Shown here in pieces: positions 1-9,038 of a DNA stretch of 64,000 nt. The position numbers and the translations under genes were made by a program. Below the pieces are notes generated by a model, which saw nothing but the letters and a program-made list of their open reading frames with translations, searched no databases and was not told the origin of the DNA. The DNA comes from Candidatus Poribacteria bacterium (lineage in GTDB: Bacteria > Poribacteria > WGA-4E > WGA-3G). The first letter of the stretch is position 1; the number at the start of each line of letters is the position of its first letter. The stretch is taken from the NCBI GenBank assembly GCA_965242965.1, contig OZ251518.1, forward strand, positions 3,488,001 through 3,552,000, written 5' to 3'.

Positions 1-1722
1 GGAAATCCACCCTATAACGCCGGGCAGAAAAACGAGAATGACAATAACCCGAACCGCAAATATGAAGGCGTGGATGCGCGCGTGCGCGATACTTACGCCA
101 AAGATTCTGTGGCGCAACGAAAAGGCGCGCTCTATGATCCGTATGTGAAATCCTATCGCTGGGGCACCGATAAACTCGGCATCGAGGGGCTCGTTGCTTT
201 CGTCACGAACCGCTCCTTTATTGACGGCATCGCGTTTGACGGCATGCGCAAGCACCTCGCCCAAGATTTTGACACCCTCTATGTGCTGGATTTAGGCGGA
301 AATATCCGCGCGGGCGACCCGGGCACCTCCAACGTCTTCGGCATCCAGGTCGGCGTGTGTATCACCATCTTGGTGAAAAAGCGAGACGCTTCGCAGAAAC
401 CGGCCCGCATCCTCTACCACGGCGAAACCGCCAAGTGGGATGCCAGCCGCAAGATGGATTGGTTGAACGAACGCGAACACGTCGGCAATCTCACGTGGCA
501 GGACATTCAACCCAACGAACGTCACATCTGGCTCACCGAGGGGCTCCGCGACGAATTCAACACCTTTCTCCCCATCGGCAGCAAGACGGTAAAGGCGGCG
601 AAAGGCGCAGGCATCGGCACGATGTTTAAGACTTACAGCAACGGCGTGAAAACGGGCCGCGATGAATGGGCGATCAACTTCAACGAGGCCGCTCTCACGG
701 CAAATCTGTCTCGGATGATGGAGTTCTACAACGCCGAAGTTGCGCGATGGCAGCAGCGCACTGATTTTGAGATACCTCTCAACAATTTTGTGAGTGCTGA
801 CAACACCAAAATCAAGTGGGATGAAAGGCTCAAAGCGGAATTGAAAAGAGGCAACCTCGCTGCGTTCTCAGCAGCAAAGGTGCGCGATCATCTCTATCGG
901 CCCTTTACCAAATCGAACCTCTATTTCGACAGGCAGATAGCTCATCGAGTCTCTCTGATGCCCTCCATTTTCCCGGTGCCTGAGACAGAGAACGAGAATC
1001 GCGTGATTTGCGTCAGCGGGATTGGCAGCGGCAAGCCGTTCCAAACGCTCATGACAGATTTGCTCCCATCGGTTGATATTCTTGAAAAAACGCATTGCTT
1101 TCCGTTCTACACCTACGCGGAGGATGGTTCGGAACGCCGTGAGAACATCACCGATTGGGCATTGGCGGCGTTCCGCGCGCACTACGGCGACGAAAGCATC
1201 ACGAAGTGGGACATCTTCAACTACACCTACGGCTTGTTGCATCATCCCGACTATCGCGAGACGTATGCCGATAATCTCAAATTAGATTTACCGCATATTC
1301 CGTTCGCGTCGGATTTCTGGGGGTTTGCGAAGGCGGGTGCGCAGTTGGCGGAGCTCCATGTCAATTATGAGTCGTCGCCGGAGTATGCGGGGTTGCAGCC
1401 TATTGAGAACCGCGAGCTTCCGATCGATTATCGGGTGTCAAAGAAGATGAAATTCTCGGCGGATAAAACGGCGTTGCGCTACAACGATTTCCTCACGATA
1501 GGCGGGATTCCGTCGTCGGCGTTTGCGTATCGGTTGGGTGCGTATTCGGCGTTGGAGTGGGTGGTGAATCAGTATCATGTGAAGACGCACAAACGGAGTC
1601 AGTTGCTCTCCGATCCGAACCGCGTTGCTGATGATGAATATATTGTTCGGCTTCTTGGGCAGGTGGTAGAGGTGAGTGTTCGGACGGTGGGTATTGTTGG
1701 GGGGTTGCCGGAGTTATTTTGA
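1..1722 (+). CDS. Type ISP/IIG-like restriction-modification enzyme, 3' part (N6-adenine MTase catalytic region plus C-terminal specificity domain); 5'-truncated by window edge
   Basis: Frame is open from base 1 (GGA AAT CCA CCC TAT = GNPPY, MTase motif IV). Downstream motifs FVTNRSF, LDLGGN, NVFGIQVGV, LYRPF, YTYGLLHHPDYR and SALEWVVNQY are typical of LlaGI-like C-terminal regions. Confidence 0.85.
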   Translation, partial: GNPPYNAGQKNENDNNPNRKYEGVDARVRDTYAKDSVAQRKGALYDPYVKSYRWGTDKLGIEGLVAFVTNRSFIDGIAFDGMRKHLAQDFDTLYVLDLGGNIRAGDPGTSNVFGIQVGVCITILVKKRDASQKPARILYHGETAKWDASRKMDWLNEREHVGNLTWQDIQPNERHIWLTEGLRDEFNTFLPIGSKTVKAAKGAGIGTMFKTYSNGVKTGRDEWAINFNEAALTANLSRMMEFYNAEVARWQQRTDFEIPLNNFVSADNTKIKWDERLKAELKRGNLAAFSAAKVRDHLYRPFTKSNLYFDRQIAHRVSLMPSIFPVPETENENRVICVSGIGSGKPFQTLMTDLLPSVDILEKTHCFPFYTYAEDGSERRENITDWALAAFRAHYGDESITKWDIFNYTYGLLHHPDYRETYADNLKLDLPHIPFASDFWGFAKAGAQLAELHVNYESSPEYAGLQPIENRELPIDYRVSKKMKFSADKTALRYNDFLTIGGIPSSAFAYRLGAYSALEWVVNQYHVKTHKRSQLLSDPNRVADDEYIVRLLGQVVEVSVRTVGIVGGLPELF

Positions 1723-2762
1723 AGGGTGAAAGCCGCCTTCATCGTAGGGCTTGGGCCCTCGGATGCCACACGCGCATGCGAGCGGGTTTCCCTCGCCATG
1801 CTGCGATCGCGGGGGACAGGCCCCCGCCCTACGGAAAAAAACGCCTCCCCGCACCGTAGGGCGAGGGCCTGTCCCTCGCCATCGTCGGTGCTACGCAAAA
1901 AAACGTCTCTTGTTCTCTTAAGTCCGTAGGACCTTAATGTCTATAGCAGCCGGCGACGTGAAGAGATTTAAGGTCCTTTAGGTCCTTAATAGGTTTTGCC
2001 ATGCGGCGCGTGTTTTTTATTAAGGACCTAAAGGACCTTGACATGGGGCTGACACGTTTTTCTATAGACATTAAGGACCTAAAGGACCTAAGACGGCATT
2101 TTGGCGATGGAGATCGCGGGGGACAGGCCCCCGCGCTACGGGGAAAAAACGCCTCCCCCCTCACCGTAGGGCTTGGGCCCTCGCATGCCACACGCGCATG
2201 CGAGCGGGTTTCCCTCGCCATGCTGCGATCGCGGGGGCCTGTCCCCCGCGCTACGGAAAAAAACGGTACGTCATCGTCCGCGCACTCCAACGATCGCGGG
2301 GGACAGGCCCCCGCGCTACGGTGAAAAAAAACGGCATTCCCTCATCGTAGGGCGGGGGCCTGTCCCTCGCCATGCTGCACTCGCGGGGGACAGGCCCCCG
2401 CGCTACGGTGGAAATAACGTCTTTTAGGTCTGTAGGACCTTAATGTCTATAGCACGTGAGGCTCCGAAGAATTCTAAGGTCCTTTAGGTCCTTAATGTGT
2501 TTTGCCAGGGCCGCGTGTTTTTTATTAAGGACCTAAAGGACCTTGACATGGGGCTGACACGTTTTTCTATAGACATTAAGGACCTAAAGGACCTAAGACG
2601 GCATTTTGGCGATGGAGATCGCGGGGGACAGGCCCCCGCGCTACGATAAAAAAAACGGTTTTGAGCCATCGCGGGGGACAGGCCCCCGCGCTACGGGCAC
2701 ATCGAGACCGGGAGGTCTCTCCTACGGGGAAGGCATCGAGACCAGGAGGTCTCTCCTACGGT
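1723..2762. repeat. Composite cluster of GTAG-REP hairpins and two long AGGACCTAA-based inverted-repeat elements
   Basis: Repeated GTAGCGCGGGGGCCTGTCCCCCGCG, GTAGGGCGAGGGCCTGTCCCTCGCC and GTAGGAGAGACCTCCCGGTCTCGAT in both orientations; nested inverted elements at about 1920-2095 and 2425-2600. Confidence 0.9.
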
Positions 2763-2799
2763 AACATCGCTAATCCCTTTGTGCTTTTTCGATTTTGGT

Positions 2800-2829
2800 T
2801 TGACAACGCTTTAGACGTTATGGTATCCT
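2800..2829 (+). promoter_or_regulatory. Putative sigma70 promoter of the DUF433-DUF5615 pair
   Basis: TTGACA-N18-TATCCT with TG extended -10 element. Confidence 0.5.
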
Positions 2830-2862
2830 ATCTTCAAACGCTTTTGACGAGGTGCAGGAACG

Positions 2863-3105
2863 ATGGAAAAATTAGACCGGATTACTTTTAATCCAAATGT
2901 GATGAGCGGTAAACCAATCATCCGTGGCATGCGAGTCACGGTTGGCACGGTTGTCGGGCTAGTCGCTTCCGGGTATTCGACGGAGGAGATTCTGGATGCG
3001 TATCCTTATTTAGAAGCCGAGGATATTCGTCAGTCGTTGTTATACGCGGCGTGGCGCGTTCAGGAACGTGAGGTCCTCTTGGAGCCTTATGAAGGTGATA
3101 ATTGA
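2863..3105 (+). CDS. DUF433 family protein (putative antitoxin)
   Basis: RITFNPNVMSGKPIIRGMRVTV...EEILDAYPYLEAEDIRQSL signature. Confidence 0.9.
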   Translation: MEKLDRITFNPNVMSGKPIIRGMRVTVGTVVGLVASGYSTEEILDAYPYLEAEDIRQSLLYAAWRVQEREVLLEPYEGDN

Positions 3106-3463
3106 TATGAACCTTTCCCCGAAGTGGGTTCAGGTTTTTAAGCAGCAGGGGTGGCACGCGGTTCATTGGCGAACGCTAAGCGATCCGCTCGCATCGGATA
3201 GTGCCATTATGGACTGGGCACGCGAACACGGCTATGTTGTCTTCACGCGCGATCTTGACTTTGGAACGCTGCTTGCGACTACCTATGTTCAAGGCCCCAG
3301 CGTCATTCAAATTCGCGATGAGAACATGATGCCTCATCATTTGGGTGACTGGTTAGCGGCGATATTGCGTCAACACGAGGCGGAATTAGAATCTGGTGCA
3401 TTGTTAACTGTGCACAAAGATCGGACTAAGATCCGCGCGCTCCCCTTCCCTGGTGGTTTATAG
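3089..3463 (+). CDS. DUF5615 family PIN-like protein (putative toxin, VapC45-like)
   Basis: MKVIIDMNLSP...D..IMDWA...VVFTRDLDFG motif; overlaps DUF433 stop; start adjusted to ATG at 3089. Confidence 0.85.
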   Translation: MKVIIDMNLSPKWVQVFKQQGWHAVHWRTLSDPLASDSAIMDWAREHGYVVFTRDLDFGTLLATTYVQGPSVIQIRDENMMPHHLGDWLAAILRQHEAELESGALLTVHKDRTKIRALPFPGGL

Positions 3464-3494
3464 GGCAAAGCCTTTTTGACGAGGTGCAGGAACG

Positions 3495-3737
3495 ATGGAA
3501 AAATTAGACCGGATTACTTTTAATCCGAATGTGATGGGCGGCAAGCCAATCATCCGTGGCATGCGCGTTACGGTGGGGATGGTTGTCGGGCTAGTCGCTT
3601 CCGGGTATTCGACGGAGGAGATTCTGGATGCGTATCCTTATTTAGAGGCAGAGGATATTCGTCAGTCGCTGTCCTATGCGGCGTGGCGCGTCCAAGAGAT
3701 TGAAATTCCCCTGGAGCCTTATGAAGGTGATGATTGA
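3495..3737 (+). CDS. DUF433 family protein, second tandem copy
   Basis: Near-identical to 2863..3105, including the upstream leader CTTTTGACGAGGTGCAGGAACG. Confidence 0.85.
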   Translation: MEKLDRITFNPNVMGGKPIIRGMRVTVGMVVGLVASGYSTEEILDAYPYLEAEDIRQSLSYAAWRVQEIEIPLEPYEGDD

Positions 3738-3742
3738 TATGA
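3721..3742 (+). pseudogene. First ~7 codons of a second DUF5615 toxin gene, truncated at a MITE end
   Basis: ATGAAGGTGATGATTGATATGA matches the start of 3089..3463, then runs into GAGGGTGTTTCATAA. Confidence 0.75.
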
Positions 3743-3975
3743 GGGTGTTTCATAACTCCGTTTCGGTATTTATTTCCCCTTGCGGGGACGGGCGAATACC
3801 GATAGAAAAGCGAGGGGGCGCATCGGGCCCACCTCTGTAGTTCGGGAGCGCCCGCTCCCGAACGGATCAGGATCAGGCGATCCTGACCTACAGGGGTGAC
3901 GAGGTCTGCGAGCCAAACGCATGGCGAGGGACAGGCCCTCGCCCTACGTGAAGGGGCGGCGTTTTTTTCACCGTA
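3741..3975. mobile_element. MITE left end (GAGGGTGTTTCATAA) followed by REP hairpins
   Basis: Same terminal sequence as the complete elements at 32559 and 55086; no matching right end seen nearby. Confidence 0.65.
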
Positions 3976-4014
3976 TCGCGAGAAAAACAAAAATCTTGCA
4001 AAATTTCTCATTAA

Positions 4015-4992
4015 ATGTTAAAATTCATGGCACAACTAAAACAGCGAACCCATCTTGAATACTGGTTTGCCCTTGCATCCGTAGAAGGGCTCGGCGGCGT
4101 GCGGATTAGGCGGCTCATGACGCGGTTCGGGAACGTGGCGAACATTTTTGATGCAGAGCTCCCCGAAATCGCGCGCTTACCCTCTTTCAATCCGGTCTTG
4201 GCATCGCGGATACTCACCGTGGCGCAGAATTTTCCGGCATTACAAGAGCGGCTAGACGCGCTCAACAGCCAGCAGGTGGAGGTGCTTTGCCCGGAAGACG
4301 CGACATACCCAGCACAGCTTAAAGCAGTGCCGGATGCCCCGGCGATTCTGTGCAGAATCGGCACCCTCTCCCAAATCCACGAACGGTGCGTCTCTATTGT
4401 GGGAAGTCAGCAACCGAGCCCGGAAGGGGTTCAGGTGACGCTGGAGCTCGCCGTGAAGTTGGCGCAGGCCGGCGTTACCGTTGTCAGTGGACTCGCCACC
4501 GGCATTGATGCAACCGCGCACAACGGTGCCTTGGCGGGAGGCGGACGCACAGTCGGCGTGTTGGCAACCGATTTTAGTGCCGTCTACCCGTTGCGAAATC
4601 AAGACCTCGCCGCGAAAATCTACGAGACAGGATGCTTGTTCACCGAACATCCGTTTCCGACATCGCCATCTCCCGGGAACTTCGTGTTGCGGAATCGGAT
4701 TATCAGTGGGCTTTCAATGGCGACAATCGTCGTAGAGTCACAAAAAAGTGGTGGCGCGATGCATACCGCACGCTACGCGCGGCGGCAAGGAAGACACCTC
4801 TTCGCATGCCGGTGGAAAACGCAAGACGAACGCAGCGAAGGAACGCGGGAACTCATTAACACCGGTGCCATCCCTTTTTTGCCTAACGAACTTGACAAAG
4901 TCGTTGAAGACGTTACGCATCCGGAACAGTTGGAAGAGCAAAGTGCCATCGGTGCATCCGGCCAACAGATGGGGCTTTTTGATGCCGGATAA
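4015..4992 (+). CDS. dprA: DNA-processing protein DprA
   Basis: YPAQLKAVPDAP, SIVGSQ, VVSGLATGIDATAH, NFVLRNRIISGLS and VVES..SGGAMHTA motifs. Confidence 0.93.
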   Translation: MLKFMAQLKQRTHLEYWFALASVEGLGGVRIRRLMTRFGNVANIFDAELPEIARLPSFNPVLASRILTVAQNFPALQERLDALNSQQVEVLCPEDATYPAQLKAVPDAPAILCRIGTLSQIHERCVSIVGSQQPSPEGVQVTLELAVKLAQAGVTVVSGLATGIDATAHNGALAGGGRTVGVLATDFSAVYPLRNQDLAAKIYETGCLFTEHPFPTSPSPGNFVLRNRIISGLSMATIVVESQKSGGAMHTARYARRQGRHLFACRWKTQDERSEGTRELINTGAIPFLPNELDKVVEDVTHPEQLEEQSAIGASGQQMGLFDAG

Positions 4993-5210
4993 CCTGATGT
5001 CCGCAGCGTTTTTTTCGTAAAATAAAACATTACAAAAAAAATCGCAAAAAAATTTGATTTTTTTTTGAAAATGTGGTATACTATATATGTCTATAGACGG
5101 CATTAGGGAAGACGTGTACCCTTTTTTGATTTCACAACGTTTAAGAAATGTGGTATACTCCGAAGAAAATAGCAGGTTTTCCTAGAAAATAGGAAAAATG
5201 AAGTTTTTTC

Positions 5211-5239
5211 TTGACAAAAACAACAAATTTTTGTAGAAT
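5211..5239 (+). promoter_or_regulatory. Putative sigma70 promoter, one of several in 5040-5330
   Basis: TTGACA-N17-TAGAAT; further TGTGGTATACT -10 boxes near 5072 and 5149. Confidence 0.55.
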
Positions 5240-5688
5240 TGCTTCATTAAATCCAAATGCAGGCAGAACTTGCAGATTTCTCTTCGTAAAATTCTCTTGA
5301 AAAAGTTTGCAAACTTTGCTAAACTTTGGATAGACACTTTCGGGCGAGGCGCGATAATCTAGATGGTATGGGGGCAAAACCCCCGCTGACGAGCCGCCCT
5401 CGCGAGATTTGTTCTCAACGTGTCGGTCCGTCCGCTGGCACACCGCAGTGGACGACAAACGAAATAGCCCAACGTTACTCGACTTTATGAGGATATCATG
5501 ATTGGTTTCCATCGCCGCCGTTGCATTGCAAACAACAGCGGTAGCGAAACCAACCGTTCCCAACGGCGAGAGCCCGCGGGACAACACCGAAAGTTTTCTA
5601 GCGGCATCTATACCCGTAGCGCGCTGACAAAACGCGCTGTCTGGATAGGTGCATTCTGATTAACCTTAAATTTAAGGAGTTAACTCAA

Positions 5689-6339
5689 ATGAAAAAAATG
5701 TTTAGAACCTTGGCTTTATTGATGGCGGCACTGCTCGCTGTCTATGTGATTGGCTGCGGTGGCGACGACGACGCAGAAGAGACGGAAGCTGCACCGGCGG
5801 CATTCCAGAGTGCAACACCGCCTGGGGGCGAAGTCGCTGCGAACGGAACAATCTCGGTTACCTTTGACAATGCCCCCTCCGGCGTTTCGGTAACCGCGGG
5901 AACTGTTACCGTAGCCGGCAAGACGGCCACCATCACGGGGCCCTTCACCCCTGGTCCGCTCGCGCTGACCATTAACTGGGATGATGGGAGCCATACGCTC
6001 AACTACACCGTTACGGCACCGGATACCACCGCGCCGACGGTCACGGGTGGCACGGTGAGTGATGGCGACAAGGATGTCGATCCCGAGCAGATCAACACCG
6101 ATGCCATGATTGAGGTTACCTTCAGCGAGGATGTCACCGGAAGCATCGCCCTGCAGACAGAGGGCGGCGATGATGTCGGCTGGCTTGGCAAAGTCGAAGG
6201 CACCACAGGCACCTTGGAACTCGTCAAGGGTAAGGAAATCGGCAATGAGACTACCTACGTTATCGCAGGTAAAGTTTCTGACGCTGCCGGCAACGCCCTT
6301 GATGTCAGCATCACCTTTGTCACAAAAGGTAAAGAGTAA
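5689..6339 (+). CDS. Lipoprotein with Ig-like (Big_5/SbsA-type) domains
   Basis: Strong RBS AAGGAG; signal peptide with lipobox VIGC; DTTAPTV, IEVTFSEDV and VSDAAGN motifs. Confidence 0.8.
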   Translation: MKKMFRTLALLMAALLAVYVIGCGGDDDAEETEAAPAAFQSATPPGGEVAANGTISVTFDNAPSGVSVTAGTVTVAGKTATITGPFTPGPLALTINWDDGSHTLNYTVTAPDTTAPTVTGGTVSDGDKDVDPEQINTDAMIEVTFSEDVTGSIALQTEGGDDVGWLGKVEGTTGTLELVKGKEIGNETTYVIAGKVSDAAGNALDVSITFVTKGKE

Positions 6340-6363
6340 GTTTGCGGCTATTTCGCTTACGCG

Positions 6364-6397
6364 GGCAGCGTATCTTTAAGATGCGCTGCCTTTTTTT
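6364..6397 (+). terminator. Rho-independent terminator
   Basis: GGCAGCGTATCT-TTA-AGATGCGCTGCC stem followed by T7. Confidence 0.8.
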
Positions 6398-6404
6398 ATG
6401 CTCT

Positions 6405-6900
6405 TCAGTCCCGTAGGAGAGACCTCCTAGTCTCGATTCCCTGTCGTCGCGCCGTCCCGGTCTTGATTTCCCCGTAGCGCGGGGGCCTGTCCCCCGCGAT
6501 CGTTGGATTACACTTGCGCGAGAACGCTGGCGAGGGACAGGCCCTCGCCCTACGGTGAGGGCGGGCGTTTCTTATCGTAGCGCGGGGGCCTGTCCCCCGC
6601 GAGTGTTCGTCCCTCACAGCATGGCGAGGGACAGGCCCTCGCGCTACGGTGAAGGGGGCGTTTTTTTATCGTAGCGCGGGGGCCTGTCCCCCGCGATCGT
6701 TGGATTACACTTGCGCGAGAACGCTGGCGAGGGACAGGCCCTCGCGCTACGGTGAAGGCGGCGTTTTTTTTATCGTAGCGCGACGGCCCTCGGATGCCAT
6801 ACGCGCATCCGAGCGGGTTTCCCCCGCGAGCTCGCCCAGAAGGTTGCATCGAGACCGGGAGGGCTCTCCTACCGGAAAAAACGAGTTATGAAACACCCTC
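6405..6900. repeat. REP/BIME-like cluster ending in a MITE right end (TTATGAAACACCCTC)
   Basis: Alternating inverted REP pairs; terminal sequence at 6886-6900. Confidence 0.85.
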
Positions 6901-6919
6901 ATTTTAATGCAAATTATTC

Positions 6920-7005
6920 TTGACAAAAAAAACGATTCACGTTAAAATCTACAATTAATAATTTATGAAAAAAGTTTGAACGGTTTTTGAAATAGGGTTG
7001 TCTAA
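6920..7005 (+). promoter_or_regulatory. Putative sigma70 promoter plus putative ECF (autoregulatory) promoter
   Basis: TTGACA-N17-TAAAAT at about 6920-6948; GAAC...GTCTAA at 6978-7005 resembles RpoE-type consensus. Confidence 0.5.
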
Positions 7006-7067
7006 ATAATCAGAGACAGGTAGATGCGCGCGTAGCAACGCGCAGTTACCAAAGGAGATAACGTTCC

Positions 7068-7658
7068 GTGGAAAGAACTGAGGCATTGCTCATCGCCGAA
7101 CTCTGTGAAGGGGACGAGACCGCGTTTACCGTCCTTGTGGAGAAGTATCAGCATACGGTGTATCGCCTTGCGATGCAGATTACACAAAACCACGCTGATG
7201 CCGACGATGTCATGCAAGAAACCTTCATCAAAGCCTACCGGTCCATCCACACGTTTCGGCAGAATGCCGCCTTTGAGACGTGGTTGTATCGCATCGCCGT
7301 GAACGAGGCACTCAATTTCGTCAAACGGCGGGACCGGCGGCGCGAATACGCGTTTGATGCCTCGGCGGAAGCCACGATGGATGCTGTCGCACGGTATAGA
7401 GCTGAAGAAGCGTCCGACCCGCATCTCCAAGCAGAGAAATCCGAGTTGCGGCACTGGGTCACCGAGGCTGTCAACAGTCTATCGCTGAAACACCGGACCG
7501 TCGTGCATCTCCATGAATTTGAAGGATTAACGCACGCCGAGATAGCCGCAATCCTCAACTGCTCCGAAGGAACAGTCCGGTCGCGCTTGCACTACGCCCG
7601 GAAAAAACTCAGGACTTTGCTTAAACCGTATATCGATGCCAGCACAGAACCCGAGTAA
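7068..7658 (+). CDS. ECF RNA polymerase sigma-70 factor (RpoE/SigW-like)
   Basis: Region 2 (DADDVMQETFIKAY, FETWLYRIAVN) and region 4 (EGLTHAEIAAIL..SEGTVRSRLHYAR). Confidence 0.93.
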   Translation: MERTEALLIAELCEGDETAFTVLVEKYQHTVYRLAMQITQNHADADDVMQETFIKAYRSIHTFRQNAAFETWLYRIAVNEALNFVKRRDRRREYAFDASAEATMDAVARYRAEEASDPHLQAEKSELRHWVTEAVNSLSLKHRTVVHLHEFEGLTHAEIAAILNCSEGTVRSRLHYARKKLRTLLKPYIDASTEPE

Positions 7659-7670
7659 TACCGATTCATT

Positions 7671-7970
7671 ACCGTAACGCGGGGGCCTGTCCCCCGCGAG
7701 GCTGATTTCTCAAATCAACCGGTGAACGCGACTGGCTGTTCGTCACCGTAGCGCGGGGGCCTGTCCCCCGCGAACGTTCGCGGGCCCCAGAGCTCGGCGA
7801 GGGACAGGCCCTCGCCCTACGATAACCGAGCACGTTGTCTTCACCGTAGCGCGGGGGCCTGTCCCCCGCGAGCGTTCGCGGGCCCCAGAGCTCGGCGAGG
7901 GACAGGCCCTCGCCCTACGATAACCGAGCACGTTGTCTTCACCGTAGCGCGGGGGCCTGTCCCCCGCGAC
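7671..7970. repeat. BIME-like tandem array of inverted REP pairs (98-bp period)
   Basis: Unit REP-A/spacer/REP-B(rc)/spacer repeated at about 7742 and 7840. Confidence 0.9.
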
Positions 7971-7999
7971 TGGTTTCTAAAATCAAAAGGGAACGTAAC

Positions 8000-8947
8000 A
8001 TGTTGATAACAAAATGTTACACCGTCCAACACCAGTTATCTGATTACCTTGATGACACTCTTTCCGCACGGCAGAAGACTGCAGTTGCGGCGCATCTCCG
8101 CGCCTGTCAGCACTGCCGAAACGAGATGAAGGCGTTAAAGAAAACCAGCGAGCTCGTCGGGAGTTTCTACGTTACGCCCAAGGCATCCGAAGCCTATCAC
8201 GCGCGGTTTGCCGCTCGACTCCATGAACGGATGGAGCAGACACCGCGGAACGGTTTGCATCACCACATCGCCGCCGCTGTCTCCCGCTTGGGTTGGCAGC
8301 TGCAGACATACGCGCGCCGGTGCTTGCCCAGTGCCAAAAGTCTGTCTGGCTTCCCCGGCATTCCCTCGCGAGTGCTGCCTGTCTATGTGTTGTTGCTAGC
8401 GATGTCGGCGTTAGGGATTGCGACACTCCTCCTTCATGAGGACGCGCCGCTTCCCCCTGTAGCACGCGTGGAACAACAAGATACCGGGCGCGGCTCTAGT
8501 GCCGAGAAAGACGCGCTGCCGCAGATGCCCGTTGGCGAAAAGCGCGCGCTCTCTGTCGGGACATACACCGCGCGCGAGACATCCACCGGAACGCCCAACG
8601 AACCGTCGGTGACACCGAAGCCTCTTGGACATCGGCATCGGCAGGTGTCCGCCGCCCCGGTTGCCGCGGGCAGCACAAGAACGCAGCCAGCCGCACCGCG
8701 GGGAGAAACGTTCTTGCAGCAGGACGCTTTGCACCAAGACGAAAAACTGCCCACGCGCGGGATGCTCTTGACAGACACTGCCTATGGCCTCTTGTTAGTG
8801 CAAGGGCTCTTCGGCACAGCCGACGAGGGATGGAAACCTTATCAACCTAAATGGCGCGGGACACCGACAGGTTTCGGAAGGAAACTGAGGGACGTGCCGT
8901 TAGAAACACGAACTATTCGTGAAGTTTACGATGCAATTAAGTTGTAA
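8000..8947 (+). CDS. Anti-sigma factor with zf-HC2 domain and transmembrane helix
   Basis: C...LSDYLD...HLRACQHC (HxxxCxxC), hydrophobic segment VLPVYVLLLAMSALGIATLL; follows the ECF sigma gene. Confidence 0.85.
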   Translation: MLITKCYTVQHQLSDYLDDTLSARQKTAVAAHLRACQHCRNEMKALKKTSELVGSFYVTPKASEAYHARFAARLHERMEQTPRNGLHHHIAAAVSRLGWQLQTYARRCLPSAKSLSGFPGIPSRVLPVYVLLLAMSALGIATLLLHEDAPLPPVARVEQQDTGRGSSAEKDALPQMPVGEKRALSVGTYTARETSTGTPNEPSVTPKPLGHRHRQVSAAPVAAGSTRTQPAAPRGETFLQQDALHQDEKLPTRGMLLTDTAYGLLLVQGLFGTADEGWKPYQPKWRGTPTGFGRKLRDVPLETRTIREVYDAIKL

Positions 8948-9038
8948 ATGTCACCGTTCATTTCCGAACGGTGATGCCTATAGGAAAAGTGCCTGCGTTG
9001 CAACGCTTCTGCGGGCCATCTAGAAAAGGAGAAACTAA

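Noticed and set aside
1723-2762. CRISPR array interpretation of repeat/spacer-like clusters (also 6405-6900, 37556-38376, 43176-44076)
   Set aside because: Repeats are of several types and both orientations, spacers are often duplicated and irregular, and no leader or cas genes are present; REP/BIME structure fits better.
1599-2891. Many short ORFs containing RGTGPRAT, GRGPVPR, DLKDLK or ETRRSLL, here and in all repeat clusters
   Set aside because: These are translations of the palindromic repeats, with no RBS or domain signal.
3741-6900. One composite transposon from the TIR at 3741 to the TIR at 6900 carrying dprA
   Set aside because: Ends face each other but no flanking duplication is seen; separate partial elements are equally likely.
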